Source: Bacillota bacterium
Lineage (GTDB): Bacteria; Bacillota; Sulfobacillia; Symbiobacteriales; ZC4RG38
Direction: 5' to 3'
Assembly (NCBI GenBank): GCA_003242505.2
Contig: QGUP02000001.1
Coordinates: 1,917-65,916 of the forward strand
Length of the DNA stretch: 64,000 bases
Below, piece after piece: positions 10,427-18,918 of the stretch. Numbering within the stretch: the stretch's first letter is position 1; each line of letters begins with the position of its first letter. The translations under genes were made by a program, and so were the position numbers. A model generated the notes under the pieces. That model saw only the letters and a list, made by a program, of their open reading frames with translations, ran no database searches and was not told the origin of the DNA.

Positions 10427-10724
10427 GTGGGAGAAATCACCCGGGCAGGCCTCCGGGTGGGGGAGCGGGTGCTGATCCACGGCGCCGCGGGGGGCGTGGG
10501 ATCCTTCGCGGTCCAGATCGCCCGGGCCGCGGGGGCCTACGTCTTTGCCACCGCCCGGGGGGAGGCGGTGGAGGTGGTCCGCTCCCTCGGGGCCCATCGG
10601 GTGACCGATTACCATCCGGCCCCTGATCCACGGGGTGATGGACCTGGAGCAGGTGGCCGACGCCCACAGGCAGATCGAGCAGGGCGGCATGCGGGGGAAA
10701 ATCGTGCTGCGGGTGGCCGAGTAA
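10427..10724 (+). pseudogene. Remnant of a zinc-type (MDR) NADPH:quinone oxidoreductase
   Basis: Only the Rossmann start is present (GERVLIHGAAGGVGSFAVQIARAAGAYVFATARGEAVEVVRSLGAHRVTDY). The frame then breaks. The typical MDR C-terminus (LIHGVMDLEQVADAHRQIEQGGMRGKIVLRVAE*) is in another frame, ending at 10722-10724. The N-terminal catalytic domain is absent. Confidence 0.65.
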
Positions 10725-10853
10725 GGTTGCGGCCGGCTGCCCCGGCGGGGTCCGGGACGGTGACCCGGGGGGTCCGGGGCGGTGGCCGGGGGGTCGCCGG
10801 CCGGGGCCGGGGCCACCGCTCCGGATCCCGCCGGGTGCGAGGGGGGTGAGGCG

Positions 10854-12149
10854 ATGGACCGGCGGAAGGTGCGCATCGGCCTGCAGGTCGGAGGCGAGGT
10901 GGACGGCGATGCCCTCTGCCGGCTCCTGGAAGCGGTGGCCCAGGAGGGGTCCCTCAGCGGCGCCTGCCGGCGGCTGGGGATGGCCTACCGGTCCGCCTGG
11001 GCGCTCCTCCGCCGGGCCGAGGCGGAACTGGGGGTGGCCCTGGTGGAGCGGCAGGCCGGAGGGCCGGCCGGCGGCGGCGCCCGGCTGACCCCCCTGGGGG
11101 AGGAACTGCTGGCGGGGTACCGGCGGCTCCAGGCGGAGGCCGCCGGGGCCGTGGGCCGGTACTTTCCCCATCTGGTGGCCCACCTGAAGGGTGCGGTGGG
11201 GGAGCCGGCCCCCGGCGGGGACGCCCAGGGCGCCGGGGAGGTGCCCGGGGAACCGGCAGGGGAGCCGGCAAGGGAACCGGCCGGGGACCGGGCCCGGGAA
11301 GCAGGGGTGGAGCAGGAGCCTGCTCCCCTGCTGTTGGCCACCACCATCGGCCCGGTGGAGGTGGGGCTGGTGGGGGCGCTGGCGGAGGCCTTTCTTCACC
11401 GCACCGGCATCCCCGTCGGCCCCATCGCGGTGGGCTCCGGACAGGCCCTGGAACTGGGCCGCCGGGGACGGGCGGATGTGCTGCTCACCCACGCCCCCGA
11501 GGCGGAGGAGGCCTTTGTCCGCGCGGGTTACGGCATCGCCCGGTATCCCCTCATGTACAACGACTTTGTCCTCCTGGGGCCGGCGGCCGACCCGGCGGGG
11601 GTGCGGGGCGCCGGGGGCATCCTCCCCGCCTTCCGGGCCATCGCCGCCGCCGGGGCTCCCTTCGTCAGCCGGGGGGACCGGTCCGGGACCCACCTGAAGG
11701 AACAGGCCCTCTGGGCGGCGGCCGGGGTCACCCCGGGAGCGCCCTGGTACGAGGTCTACGTCGGGGGCGCCCTGGGGAGCGCCGCGACGGTGCGGCATGC
11801 CGCCCGGCGCCAGGCCTACGTGCTGGTGGACCGGGCCACCTACCTCTCCCTGCGGGCGGAGATCTCCCTGGCCCTGCTCCTGGAGGGGGATCCGCTTCTC
11901 CGGAACCTCTTCTCCCTGATCCCCCTGCGGGCCGACCGGGTGCCCGGGGCGCAGGAGGAAAAGGCCCTCCTCTTCTGTCGCTGGGCCACTGGCCCTGAGG
12001 GGCAGGGGATCATCGCCGGGTTCCGCCCCGGCGGGGTGCCCCTCTTCTACCCCGTGGCCGGGGGCGGAGGGGATGCTCCGGGGCCGGTCCAGGACCGCCC
12101 GGGGGCCGATGCCGGCGCCGGTGCCGCTCCCGGGCAACCCGGGGGCTGA
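10854..12149 (+). CDS. ModE-type wHTH regulator fused to a TupA-like periplasmic-binding-protein domain
   Basis: ATG at 10854 after GGGGGGTGAGG. The N-terminus (LLEAVAQEGSLSGACRRLGMAYRSAWALLRRAEAELGVALVERQAGG...GARLTPLGEELL) is ModE-N-like. The C-terminus parallels the adjacent TupA (GSGQALELGRRGRADVLLTHAPEAEEAF / YNDFVLLGP / FVSRGDRSGTHLKEQALW). Confidence 0.75.
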   Translation: MDRRKVRIGLQVGGEVDGDALCRLLEAVAQEGSLSGACRRLGMAYRSAWALLRRAEAELGVALVERQAGGPAGGGARLTPLGEELLAGYRRLQAEAAGAVGRYFPHLVAHLKGAVGEPAPGGDAQGAGEVPGEPAGEPAREPAGDRAREAGVEQEPAPLLLATTIGPVEVGLVGALAEAFLHRTGIPVGPIAVGSGQALELGRRGRADVLLTHAPEAEEAFVRAGYGIARYPLMYNDFVLLGPAADPAGVRGAGGILPAFRAIAAAGAPFVSRGDRSGTHLKEQALWAAAGVTPGAPWYEVYVGGALGSAATVRHAARRQAYVLVDRATYLSLRAEISLALLLEGDPLLRNLFSLIPLRADRVPGAQEEKALLFCRWATGPEGQGIIAGFRPGGVPLFYPVAGGGGDAPGPVQDRPGADAGAGAAPGQPGG

Positions 12150-12232
12150 GCCTGGCGCCGGTGGCGCCGGGGAGAGCGGGCCGGGGGAGAGCGGGTCGGG
12201 ACAGCATCCGGCACCGGGAATTTTTCAGTGGC

Positions 12233-12260
12233 ATCGTTATGCACATTGATACATAACGAT
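12233..12260. promoter_or_regulatory. ModE-type palindromic operator upstream of tupA
   Basis: ATCGTTATGCA-CATTGA-TACATAACGAT has perfect 9-bp inverted arms (ATCGTTATG / CATAACGAT). It lies in a local AT-rich patch, and a TATAAT sits at 12285-12290. Confidence 0.55.
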
Positions 12261-12419
12261 AGACCATAAAGTGGATGGGTACGGTATAATGGATCATAGC
12301 GGCCGGGCCCGGGCCGGCTGCCGGGGGCGACGGCTGCCGGGGGGCGGCCCCCGGCACGGGGCAGGGGCCGGCCGGGCCCGGGAGGAGAAGGTCCGTCGAC
12401 AGGGAGGACGGAGGGAGCC

Positions 12420-13409
12420 ATGAAGCGGATTCGGCGCTGGTTGCGGCTGGGTTTGGCCCTGGTGCTCGCCGGGGCGCTGGTGGGCCTGGTAGGCTGCGGC
12501 AGGAGCGAGGGCGAGACGGCCGCAGGGGGCAACAACGCTCCGGCTAGCGGCGGGAACGCTTCTGCGGCGGGCGGCGCCGGCTCCGGCGGCGACGGGGGCT
12601 CCGGCGGCGAGGCGGGCGGCAGCGGCGGGCAGAACGAGTGGGTGATCCTGGCCACCACCACCAGCACCCAGGACAGCGGCCTGCTGGACGTGCTGATCCC
12701 CGTCTTCGAGCAGAAGACCGGCTACCGGGTGAAGCCCGTCGCGGTGGGGACCGGGCAGGCCCTGGCCCTGGGGGAGCGGGGGGAGGCTGACGTGCTCCTC
12801 ACCCACGCCCCGGAGAGCGAGAAGAAGCTGGTGGAGAGCGGCGCGGTGGTGAACTACCGGCTGGTGATGCACAACGACTTTGTCGTGGTGGGGCCGCCGG
12901 AGGACCCCGCGGGGATCCGGGGACTGACGGAGACGGCCGCGGCCTTCCGGCGCATCGCCGAGCAGGAGGCCCTCTTTATCTCCCGTGGCGATGAGTCCGG
13001 CACCCACAAGAAGGAGCAGGCCATCTGGCAGCAGGCGGGCATCGACCCCCAGGGGAAGCCCTGGTACCACTCCTCCGGTTCCGGGATGGGCCAGACCCTC
13101 CGGATCGCCTCGGAGAAGGGCGGTTACACCCTGACGGACCGGGCCACGTACCTCTCCCTGCGGCCGAACCTCAACCTGGAGATCCTCATCGAGGGGGAGC
13201 CGGGGCTCCTCAACATCTACCACGTGATGCAGGTGAACCCGGAGCGCTTCCCCCGGGTGAACGCCGAGGGGGCCCGGGCCTTTGTGGAGTTCATGGTCTC
13301 GCCCGAGGGGCAGCAGCTGATCGGCGAGTTCGGCGTGGACAAGTACGGCCAGCCCCTCTTCTTCCCCGACGCCGGCAAGACCCTGAAGGACCTGGGCTTC
13401 GAAGGCTGA
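12420..13409 (+). CDS. tupA: Tungstate ABC transporter substrate-binding lipoprotein
   Basis: Lipobox LVGLVGCG. TupA hallmark TTTSTQDSGLLDVL, GTGQALALGERGEADVLLTHAP, SRGDESGTHKKE. Confidence 0.9.
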   Translation: MKRIRRWLRLGLALVLAGALVGLVGCGRSEGETAAGGNNAPASGGNASAAGGAGSGGDGGSGGEAGGSGGQNEWVILATTTSTQDSGLLDVLIPVFEQKTGYRVKPVAVGTGQALALGERGEADVLLTHAPESEKKLVESGAVVNYRLVMHNDFVVVGPPEDPAGIRGLTETAAAFRRIAEQEALFISRGDESGTHKKEQAIWQQAGIDPQGKPWYHSSGSGMGQTLRIASEKGGYTLTDRATYLSLRPNLNLEILIEGEPGLLNIYHVMQVNPERFPRVNAEGARAFVEFMVSPEGQQLIGEFGVDKYGQPLFFPDAGKTLKDLGFEG

Positions 13410-13448
13410 GCCCGGCGGCCCCAGGCTCCAGCAGGAGGGAGGGGTTCC

Positions 13449-14153
13449 GTGGACCTGATCTGGTCGGGCCTCAGGGAGGCCGTGGCGATGCTCCTCCGGG
13501 GGGACCCGGAGCTCTGGCAGGTGACCTGGCTCACCCTCCGGGTTTCGGGGACCGCCACCTTGCTGAGCGTCCTCATCGGCGTACCCGTCGGGGCGGTCCT
13601 CGCCCTCTCCCGCTTCCCGGGCCGGAACCTCGTCGTCAGCCTCATCAATACGGGCATGGGGATGCCGCCGGTGGTGGCAGGGCTCTGGGTGAGCCTCCTT
13701 CTCTGGCGCTCCGGCCCCCTGGGCCACCTGGGGCTCATGTACTCCCCCACCGCGATGGTCATCGCCCAGGCCCTCATCGCCACCCCCATCGTCATGGGCT
13801 TCACCCTGGCGGGGATCCAGCAGCTCGACCGCCGGCTCTCCCTCCAGCTGCTGGCCCTGGGGGCCTCCCGGTGGCAACTGATCCTCCTCCTGATCCGGGA
13901 GGCCCGGCTCTCCCTGCTGGCGGCGGTCATGGCCGGGTTCGGCGGGGTGGTCTCCGAGGTGGGGGCGTCGATGATGGTGGGCGGCAACATCCAGGGCTAC
14001 ACCCGGGTGCTGACCACCGCCACGGTGCTGGAGGTCTCCAAGGGGAACTTCGACGTGGCCCTGGCCCTCAGCTTCATCCTGATGGCCCTGGCCTTCGGGG
14101 TGACCTGGGTGCTGACCTTGCTGCAGCAGGGGCGCCGGCCCTACGTCCCCTGA
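13449..14153 (+). CDS. tupB: Tungstate ABC transporter permease
   Basis: GTG after AGGAGGGAGGGG. About 5-6 TM helices, of the ABC permease (BPD_transp_1) type, in the tupA-B-C gene order. Confidence 0.9.
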   Translation: MDLIWSGLREAVAMLLRGDPELWQVTWLTLRVSGTATLLSVLIGVPVGAVLALSRFPGRNLVVSLINTGMGMPPVVAGLWVSLLLWRSGPLGHLGLMYSPTAMVIAQALIATPIVMGFTLAGIQQLDRRLSLQLLALGASRWQLILLLIREARLSLLAAVMAGFGGVVSEVGASMMVGGNIQGYTRVLTTATVLEVSKGNFDVALALSFILMALAFGVTWVLTLLQQGRRPYVP

Positions 14154-14203
14154 AGGCCTGGCACCGGAATCCGGGTCGTGACCTTGTCGGGAGGTGGCGA
14201 CGG

Positions 14204-14977
14204 GTGGCGACGGTGAGCCCGGAGACGGCGGACCAGGTGATGATCCAGGTGCGGAACCTCAAGGTGGAGCGGGGGGGCCGGACCATCCTGGTGGTGCCGG
14301 AGCTGAGCCTCCGGCGGGGGGAGGTGCTCGGGCTCGTGGGGGCCAACGGGGCGGGGAAGAGCACCCTGGTCCGGACCCTGGCCTTGCTCGAGCCCCCCAC
14401 CGCCGGTGAGGTCCTCTTCGCCGGCGAGCCGATCACCCCGAAGACCGACCTGCTGCGGCTCCGGCGGCGGGTGGCGGTGGTCTTCCAGGACCCGCTGCTC
14501 CTGGACATGTCGGTCTTCGACAACGTCGCCCTGGGGCTGCGGCTCCGGGGGATGCGGGGCCCCGCGGTCCGCCGGCGGGTGGAGGAGTGGCTGGGGCGGC
14601 TCGGAATCGCTCACCTCGCCCGGCAGCATGCCCGCACCCTCTCGGGCGGGGAGGCCCAGCGGGTGAGCCTGGCCCGGGCCCTGGTGCTTGAGCCGGAGGT
14701 GCTCTTCCTGGACGAGCCGACGGCGAACCTGGACCTCCTCAGCCGCACTTCCCTCCTGGATCTGCTCTCCCGGCTCCTCCGGGAGGAGGGCATCACCGCG
14801 GTCCTCGTCAGCCACGACTTCCGGGAAGTGCTCCACCTCGCGGACCGGGTGGCGGTCCTGGAAAGCGGCCGGCTGGTCGCGGTGGCCCCCGCCCGGGAGA
14901 TCGCCGCGCACCCGCCGACTCCCCTGGTCCAGGCCCTGGTGGCGGCGGCCCTGGGGGAGCCTCACCCCAGGGCCTGA
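14204..14977 (+). CDS. tupC: Tungstate ABC transporter ATP-binding protein (start GTG 14204 or ATG 14240)
   Basis: Walker A GANGAGKST, signature LSGGEAQR, Walker B LFLDEPT. The ORF-track start at 13871 overlaps tupB in another frame and is not credible. Confidence 0.85.
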   Translation: MATVSPETADQVMIQVRNLKVERGGRTILVVPELSLRRGEVLGLVGANGAGKSTLVRTLALLEPPTAGEVLFAGEPITPKTDLLRLRRRVAVVFQDPLLLDMSVFDNVALGLRLRGMRGPAVRRRVEEWLGRLGIAHLARQHARTLSGGEAQRVSLARALVLEPEVLFLDEPTANLDLLSRTSLLDLLSRLLREEGITAVLVSHDFREVLHLADRVAVLESGRLVAVAPAREIAAHPPTPLVQALVAAALGEPHPRA

Positions 14978-15867
14978 CCGCCGTACTTTTCCAGGATTAG
15001 ATTAATGAAGTTTTGCGCGGCCCGGGACCGGGCCTGATCTTCTTTGCGGAGGATCAGGGAGGTGGTGCGCTTGAGGGGCGGCAGCCCCACCACCTCCAGC
15101 TGGACCAGGCTGCCCTCGGCGAGTTCCTCCGCCACCGCGGCCATGGGCACCATGGCGACGCCGTACCCGAGCTTCGCCATGGTGGTGACCGCCTCGTGGT
15201 TGTCGAACTCCATGGTGACCCGGGGCACCACCCCTGCGGCCTCCAGGTGGGCCTCGACGATGGTCCGGAACCGGGAGGGAGCCTGGTAGAGGATCATGTC
15301 CAGCTCCGAGAGGTGCCGGACCTCCAGGGGCCTGGGAAGGGTGGCCGCGAACTCCGGGGCGGCCACCGGGATGATCGGCTCTTCGTAAAGGGGGATGCAC
15401 TCCAGCCGGGTGTGGCTCACCGGCATGGTGACCAGGCCCAGGTCGGCCTCGCCGTCCAGGACCCGGTCGATCACCCCGGGGATGCGCCCGGACCAGACCC
15501 GGAACCGGACCCCCGGGTAGCGGCGGCTGAACTCTTTCAGCAGCGAGGGCAGGGTGAAGAGCCCGGTGGTGGTGACGCACGCGACGCTCACCTGCCCCTG
15601 GTCCGGGTCCGAGAGCCGGGCCACCTCTTCCCGGAGTTTTTCCAGGATGGCCACCACTCGCCGACCTTCCCGGTAGACCACCTCCCCCGCCGGGGTGAGG
15701 TGGAGGTGCCGGGCCTGCCGGTCCAGAAGCGGCTGCCCCACCTCTGCCTCCAGGGCGGCAACCTGGCGGGTGACCGCGGGCTGGCTGAGGTTCAGAAGTT
15801 CCCCGGCCCGGGTGAAGCTGCCAGCCTCCACGACCCGGCAGAAGGTCAGCAGATGCTGGAGTAACAT
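14962..15867 (-). CDS. LysR-family transcriptional regulator
   Basis: N-terminal HTH MLLQHLLTFCRVVEAGSFTRAGELLNLSQPAVTRQVAALE plus a LysR substrate-binding domain. Divergent from korA. Confidence 0.9.
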   Translation of the reverse strand: MLLQHLLTFCRVVEAGSFTRAGELLNLSQPAVTRQVAALEAEVGQPLLDRQARHLHLTPAGEVVYREGRRVVAILEKLREEVARLSDPDQGQVSVACVTTTGLFTLPSLLKEFSRRYPGVRFRVWSGRIPGVIDRVLDGEADLGLVTMPVSHTRLECIPLYEEPIIPVAAPEFAATLPRPLEVRHLSELDMILYQAPSRFRTIVEAHLEAAGVVPRVTMEFDNHEAVTTMAKLGYGVAMVPMAAVAEELAEGSLVQLEVVGLPPLKRTTSLILRKEDQARSRAAQNFINLILEKYGGQALG

Positions 15868-16054
15868 CGGCGATCCCCTTCCCCATGCCGACCGGGCATG
15901 CGATGAATGTCATTGATGCATTTGCATATGGCGCCAATCCGTCGTACGTTATCAAGTGGAGAGAATCGTTTGTCCTTGGCTACAGCCGGCGCCGCGACGG
16001 CGGGGTCATCGTACGACGGATTGGTTTCTACGCGTTTTGAAATAAAGGAGGCGC

Positions 16055-17803
16055 ATGGCGTTGCGTGAGCTCGTCTGGAAGATCGGGGGCGAGCAAGGTA
16101 CCGGCCTCGATTCGACCAGCGACGTCTTTGCAACGGTCTGCAACCGACTCGGGTACTACATCTACGCTTACAAGACCTTCTCGTCCCGGATCAAGGGCGG
16201 CCACACCAACTTTACCGTACGGGTGAGCACCCGGCGCGTCCTGGCCACCGCTGCAGGGGTCCACGTTCTGGTTGCCATGGACCAGGACTCCATCGATCGG
16301 CTGGCCGGGGAACTGGTGCCGGGTGGTCTCCTCATTGCGGACAGCCACTTCCAGCCCAGGGCCCCCGAGGGCGTGCAGATGGTCACCGTGCCCATGACCG
16401 AGATCGCCCGGGACCTTTTGAACCCGGTGTACCGGAACATCGCGGCCATCGGCGCCTCGGCGGCTCTCCTCGGTCTGCCGCTGCAGGCCTTCAAGGATTA
16501 CCTGGCGGAGAAGTTCGCGGCCAAGGGCGAGCAGGTGGTCCAGGGCAACTGGACGGCCCTGGAGCGAGGGTACAGCTATACCCTGGAGCAGGCTGCGGAC
16601 AAGGCCTTCCAGCTCGACCCCGGCGACGGCCAGCGCCGGCTGATCATGACCGGCAACGACGCCATCGCCCTGGGCGCGGTGGCGGCCGGCTGCCGGCTGG
16701 TGGTCGCGTACCCCATCACACCGGCTTCGGAGATTCTGGAGAACTGTGCCCGAATCCTGCCCCGGTTCGGCGGCGCCGCGGTGCAGGTGGAGGATGAACT
16801 GGCCGCGGTGGCCGTCTGCATCGGCGCCGGCTTTGCCGGTGCCCGGGCCATGACCGCGACCGCCGGCCCTGGCATCTCCCTCATGCAGGAGAACATCGGC
16901 CTGGCCTCCATGGCCGAGATCCCGGTGGTCATCGTCGACGTGCAGCGGGGCGGCCCCTCCACCGGCATGCCCACCAAGCACGAGCAGTCCGACCTCCTGG
17001 CCCTGGCCTACGGCGGCCACGGGGAAGGTCCCCGGATCGTCCTGGCCCCTGGCACCGCGGAGCAGGCCTTCTACGACACGGTGCTGGCCTTCAACCTGGC
17101 GGACAACTACCACTGCCCGGTGATTATCGCCTCGGACCTCGGCCTGGGCCTGTGGCAGCAGACCGTGGACAGCCTCGACTTCGACCGGGTCGTCATCGAC
17201 CGGGGCCCGGTGGTGGACCCGAAGGAACTGGAGGCCATGGGCCGGGATGTCTTCCAGCGGTATGCCTTCACCGAGAGCGGCGTGAGTCCCCGGTCCCTCC
17301 CCGGGATGAAGTACGGCCAGTACCTGGCCACCGGCGTGGAGCACGCCACCGACGGCAAGGTGAAGGAAGATCCGGCCAACCGGACCCGGATGATGCAGAA
17401 GCGGCTGAACAAGATCAAGAAGCTGGAGATCGGCGGCCAGCCCGTGCCCGGCATCCTCTACGAGGGGCCCGCGCGGCCGGAGATCCTCCTGATCAGCTAT
17501 GGTTCCACCTTCGGCGTCGTCGCCGAGGCGGCGGAGCTGCTGCGGGAGCAGGGGCACCGGGTGGCCACCCTCCAGGTGCGGGTCATCCGGCCGCTGCCGG
17601 TGGAAGAGCTCCGGGCCGCGATCGGGGCCGCGGAGAAGACCTTTGTCGTCGAGAACAACGCGACGGGCCAGCTGGCCTTCATCATGCGGGCCGAGGGCGT
17701 TGAGCACCCGGTGGAGTCCATCCTGAAGTACGACGGCACGCTCTTCCGTCCTGACGAGGTTGCGGCTGCAGTTCTGGAGTCCTACAAGGGGGTGCCGGCC
17801 TGA
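16055..17803 (+). CDS. korA: 2-oxoglutarate/2-oxoacid:ferredoxin oxidoreductase alpha subunit (gamma-alpha fusion type)
   Basis: ATG after AAAGGAGG. N-terminal gamma-like part (GGEQGTGLDS...) followed by the alpha/PFOR domains (YPITPASEILE...). 582 aa. Confidence 0.9.
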   Translation: MALRELVWKIGGEQGTGLDSTSDVFATVCNRLGYYIYAYKTFSSRIKGGHTNFTVRVSTRRVLATAAGVHVLVAMDQDSIDRLAGELVPGGLLIADSHFQPRAPEGVQMVTVPMTEIARDLLNPVYRNIAAIGASAALLGLPLQAFKDYLAEKFAAKGEQVVQGNWTALERGYSYTLEQAADKAFQLDPGDGQRRLIMTGNDAIALGAVAAGCRLVVAYPITPASEILENCARILPRFGGAAVQVEDELAAVAVCIGAGFAGARAMTATAGPGISLMQENIGLASMAEIPVVIVDVQRGGPSTGMPTKHEQSDLLALAYGGHGEGPRIVLAPGTAEQAFYDTVLAFNLADNYHCPVIIASDLGLGLWQQTVDSLDFDRVVIDRGPVVDPKELEAMGRDVFQRYAFTESGVSPRSLPGMKYGQYLATGVEHATDGKVKEDPANRTRMMQKRLNKIKKLEIGGQPVPGILYEGPARPEILLISYGSTFGVVAEAAELLREQGHRVATLQVRVIRPLPVEELRAAIGAAEKTFVVENNATGQLAFIMRAEGVEHPVESILKYDGTLFRPDEVAAAVLESYKGVPA

Positions 17804-18669
17804 TGGCGACCTTGGCGGAGTTCAAGACTGCAGAGAAGGCCTGGTGGTGCCCGGGCTGCGGCGACTTCGGCGTCCTGGCTGCCCTCCAGAAGGCCCTGGT
17901 GGAACTCGGGATCGAGCCCGAGAATGTGGTCATCGTCGCCGGTATCGGCTGCTCCGGCCGCATCGGGAACTACATTTACTCCTATAACTTCCACACCACC
18001 CACGGGCGGACGATGCCGGTGGCCCTGGGGGTGAAGCTCGCCAACCGGAACCTGACGGTGATCGCCACCGGCGGCGACGGCGACGGCTACGCCATCGGCA
18101 TGGGCCACTTCCTCCACGCCATCCGCCGGAACCCGGACATCACCTACATCGTCATGGACAACCACATCTACGGCCTGACCAAGGGCCAGACCTCGCCGAC
18201 CTCCGACCCGGGGTTCAAGACCAAGACCACCCCGCAGGGGAACCTGGAGCGGCCGGTGCGGCCCCTGCAGCTGGCCATCGCGGCGGGCGCCACTTTCGTG
18301 GCCCAGGGGTTCAGCTCCAACCAGAAGCAACTGGTGCGCATCTTCAAGGAGGCCATCACCCACAAGGGCTTTGCCCTGGTGAACACCATCAGCCCGTGCG
18401 TCACCTTCAACCGGGTGAACACCTACGACTTCTACCGGGAGGCGCTGGTGGACCTGGACGAGGACCCGAACTATGACCCGACGGACCGGGTGGCGGCGAT
18501 GCGGAAGCTGATGGAGACGGACGAGTTGGTGACGGGGATTGTCTACCGGGAGCCGGAGTCGATTCCCTTTGAGGAGAAGCTGCCGGGGTTCCGGCCGGAG
18601 CCCATCGTCAGCCAGGACTGGCACCTCTCCCGGGAAGAGTTCGAGCGGCTCCTGGAGGTCTACCGGTAA
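17803..18669 (+). CDS. korB: 2-oxoacid:ferredoxin oxidoreductase beta subunit, copy 1
   Basis: TGATG overlap with korA. CPGCGDFG and the TPP motif GGDGDGYAIG. Confidence 0.9.
   Translation: MATLAEFKTAEKAWWCPGCGDFGVLAALQKALVELGIEPENVVIVAGIGCSGRIGNYIYSYNFHTTHGRTMPVALGVKLANRNLTVIATGGDGDGYAIGMGHFLHAIRRNPDITYIVMDNHIYGLTKGQTSPTSDPGFKTKTTPQGNLERPVRPLQLAIAAGATFVAQGFSSNQKQLVRIFKEAITHKGFALVNTISPCVTFNRVNTYDFYREALVDLDEDPNYDPTDRVAAMRKLMETDELVTGIVYREPESIPFEEKLPGFRPEPIVSQDWHLSREEFERLLEVYR
17840..18622 (+). repeat. Identical core of the tandem korB duplication (copy 1)
   Basis: Matches 18956-19738 at an offset of 1116 bp. The + frame and two - frame translations in the ORF track are identical across it, and direct reading shows no difference. 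Confidence 0.85.
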
Positions 18670-18724
18670 GACGGCCATGAGCGGTGCACCGGCCCGGCGG
18701 GGGCGGTGCACCGCTGGCACCCGG

Positions 18725-18755
18725 CCGGGGGGAGGGGCCTCTCCCCTCCCCCCGG
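18725..18755 (+). terminator. GC hairpin after korB copy 1 (no U-tract)
   Basis: CCGGGGGGAGGGG-cctct-CCCCTCCCCCCGG forms a perfect 13-bp stem. It is followed by CGGATCGG, so intrinsic termination is uncertain. Confidence 0.35.
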
Positions 18756-18918
18756 CGGATCGGCAGCGCACCCGGCAGGGCGGCACCGGGGCCTTCTGAG
18801 GGCCTCGAAATGTCGCAAGACTCAGGAGAATGGGTAAAGAGAGCCGACGTCGAAGGCAAGCAGCCCTCCTGCCGGTTGCCTGGGTCGCCCACGAACTTCA
18901 GGGGGAGTGAAGCCGGCG

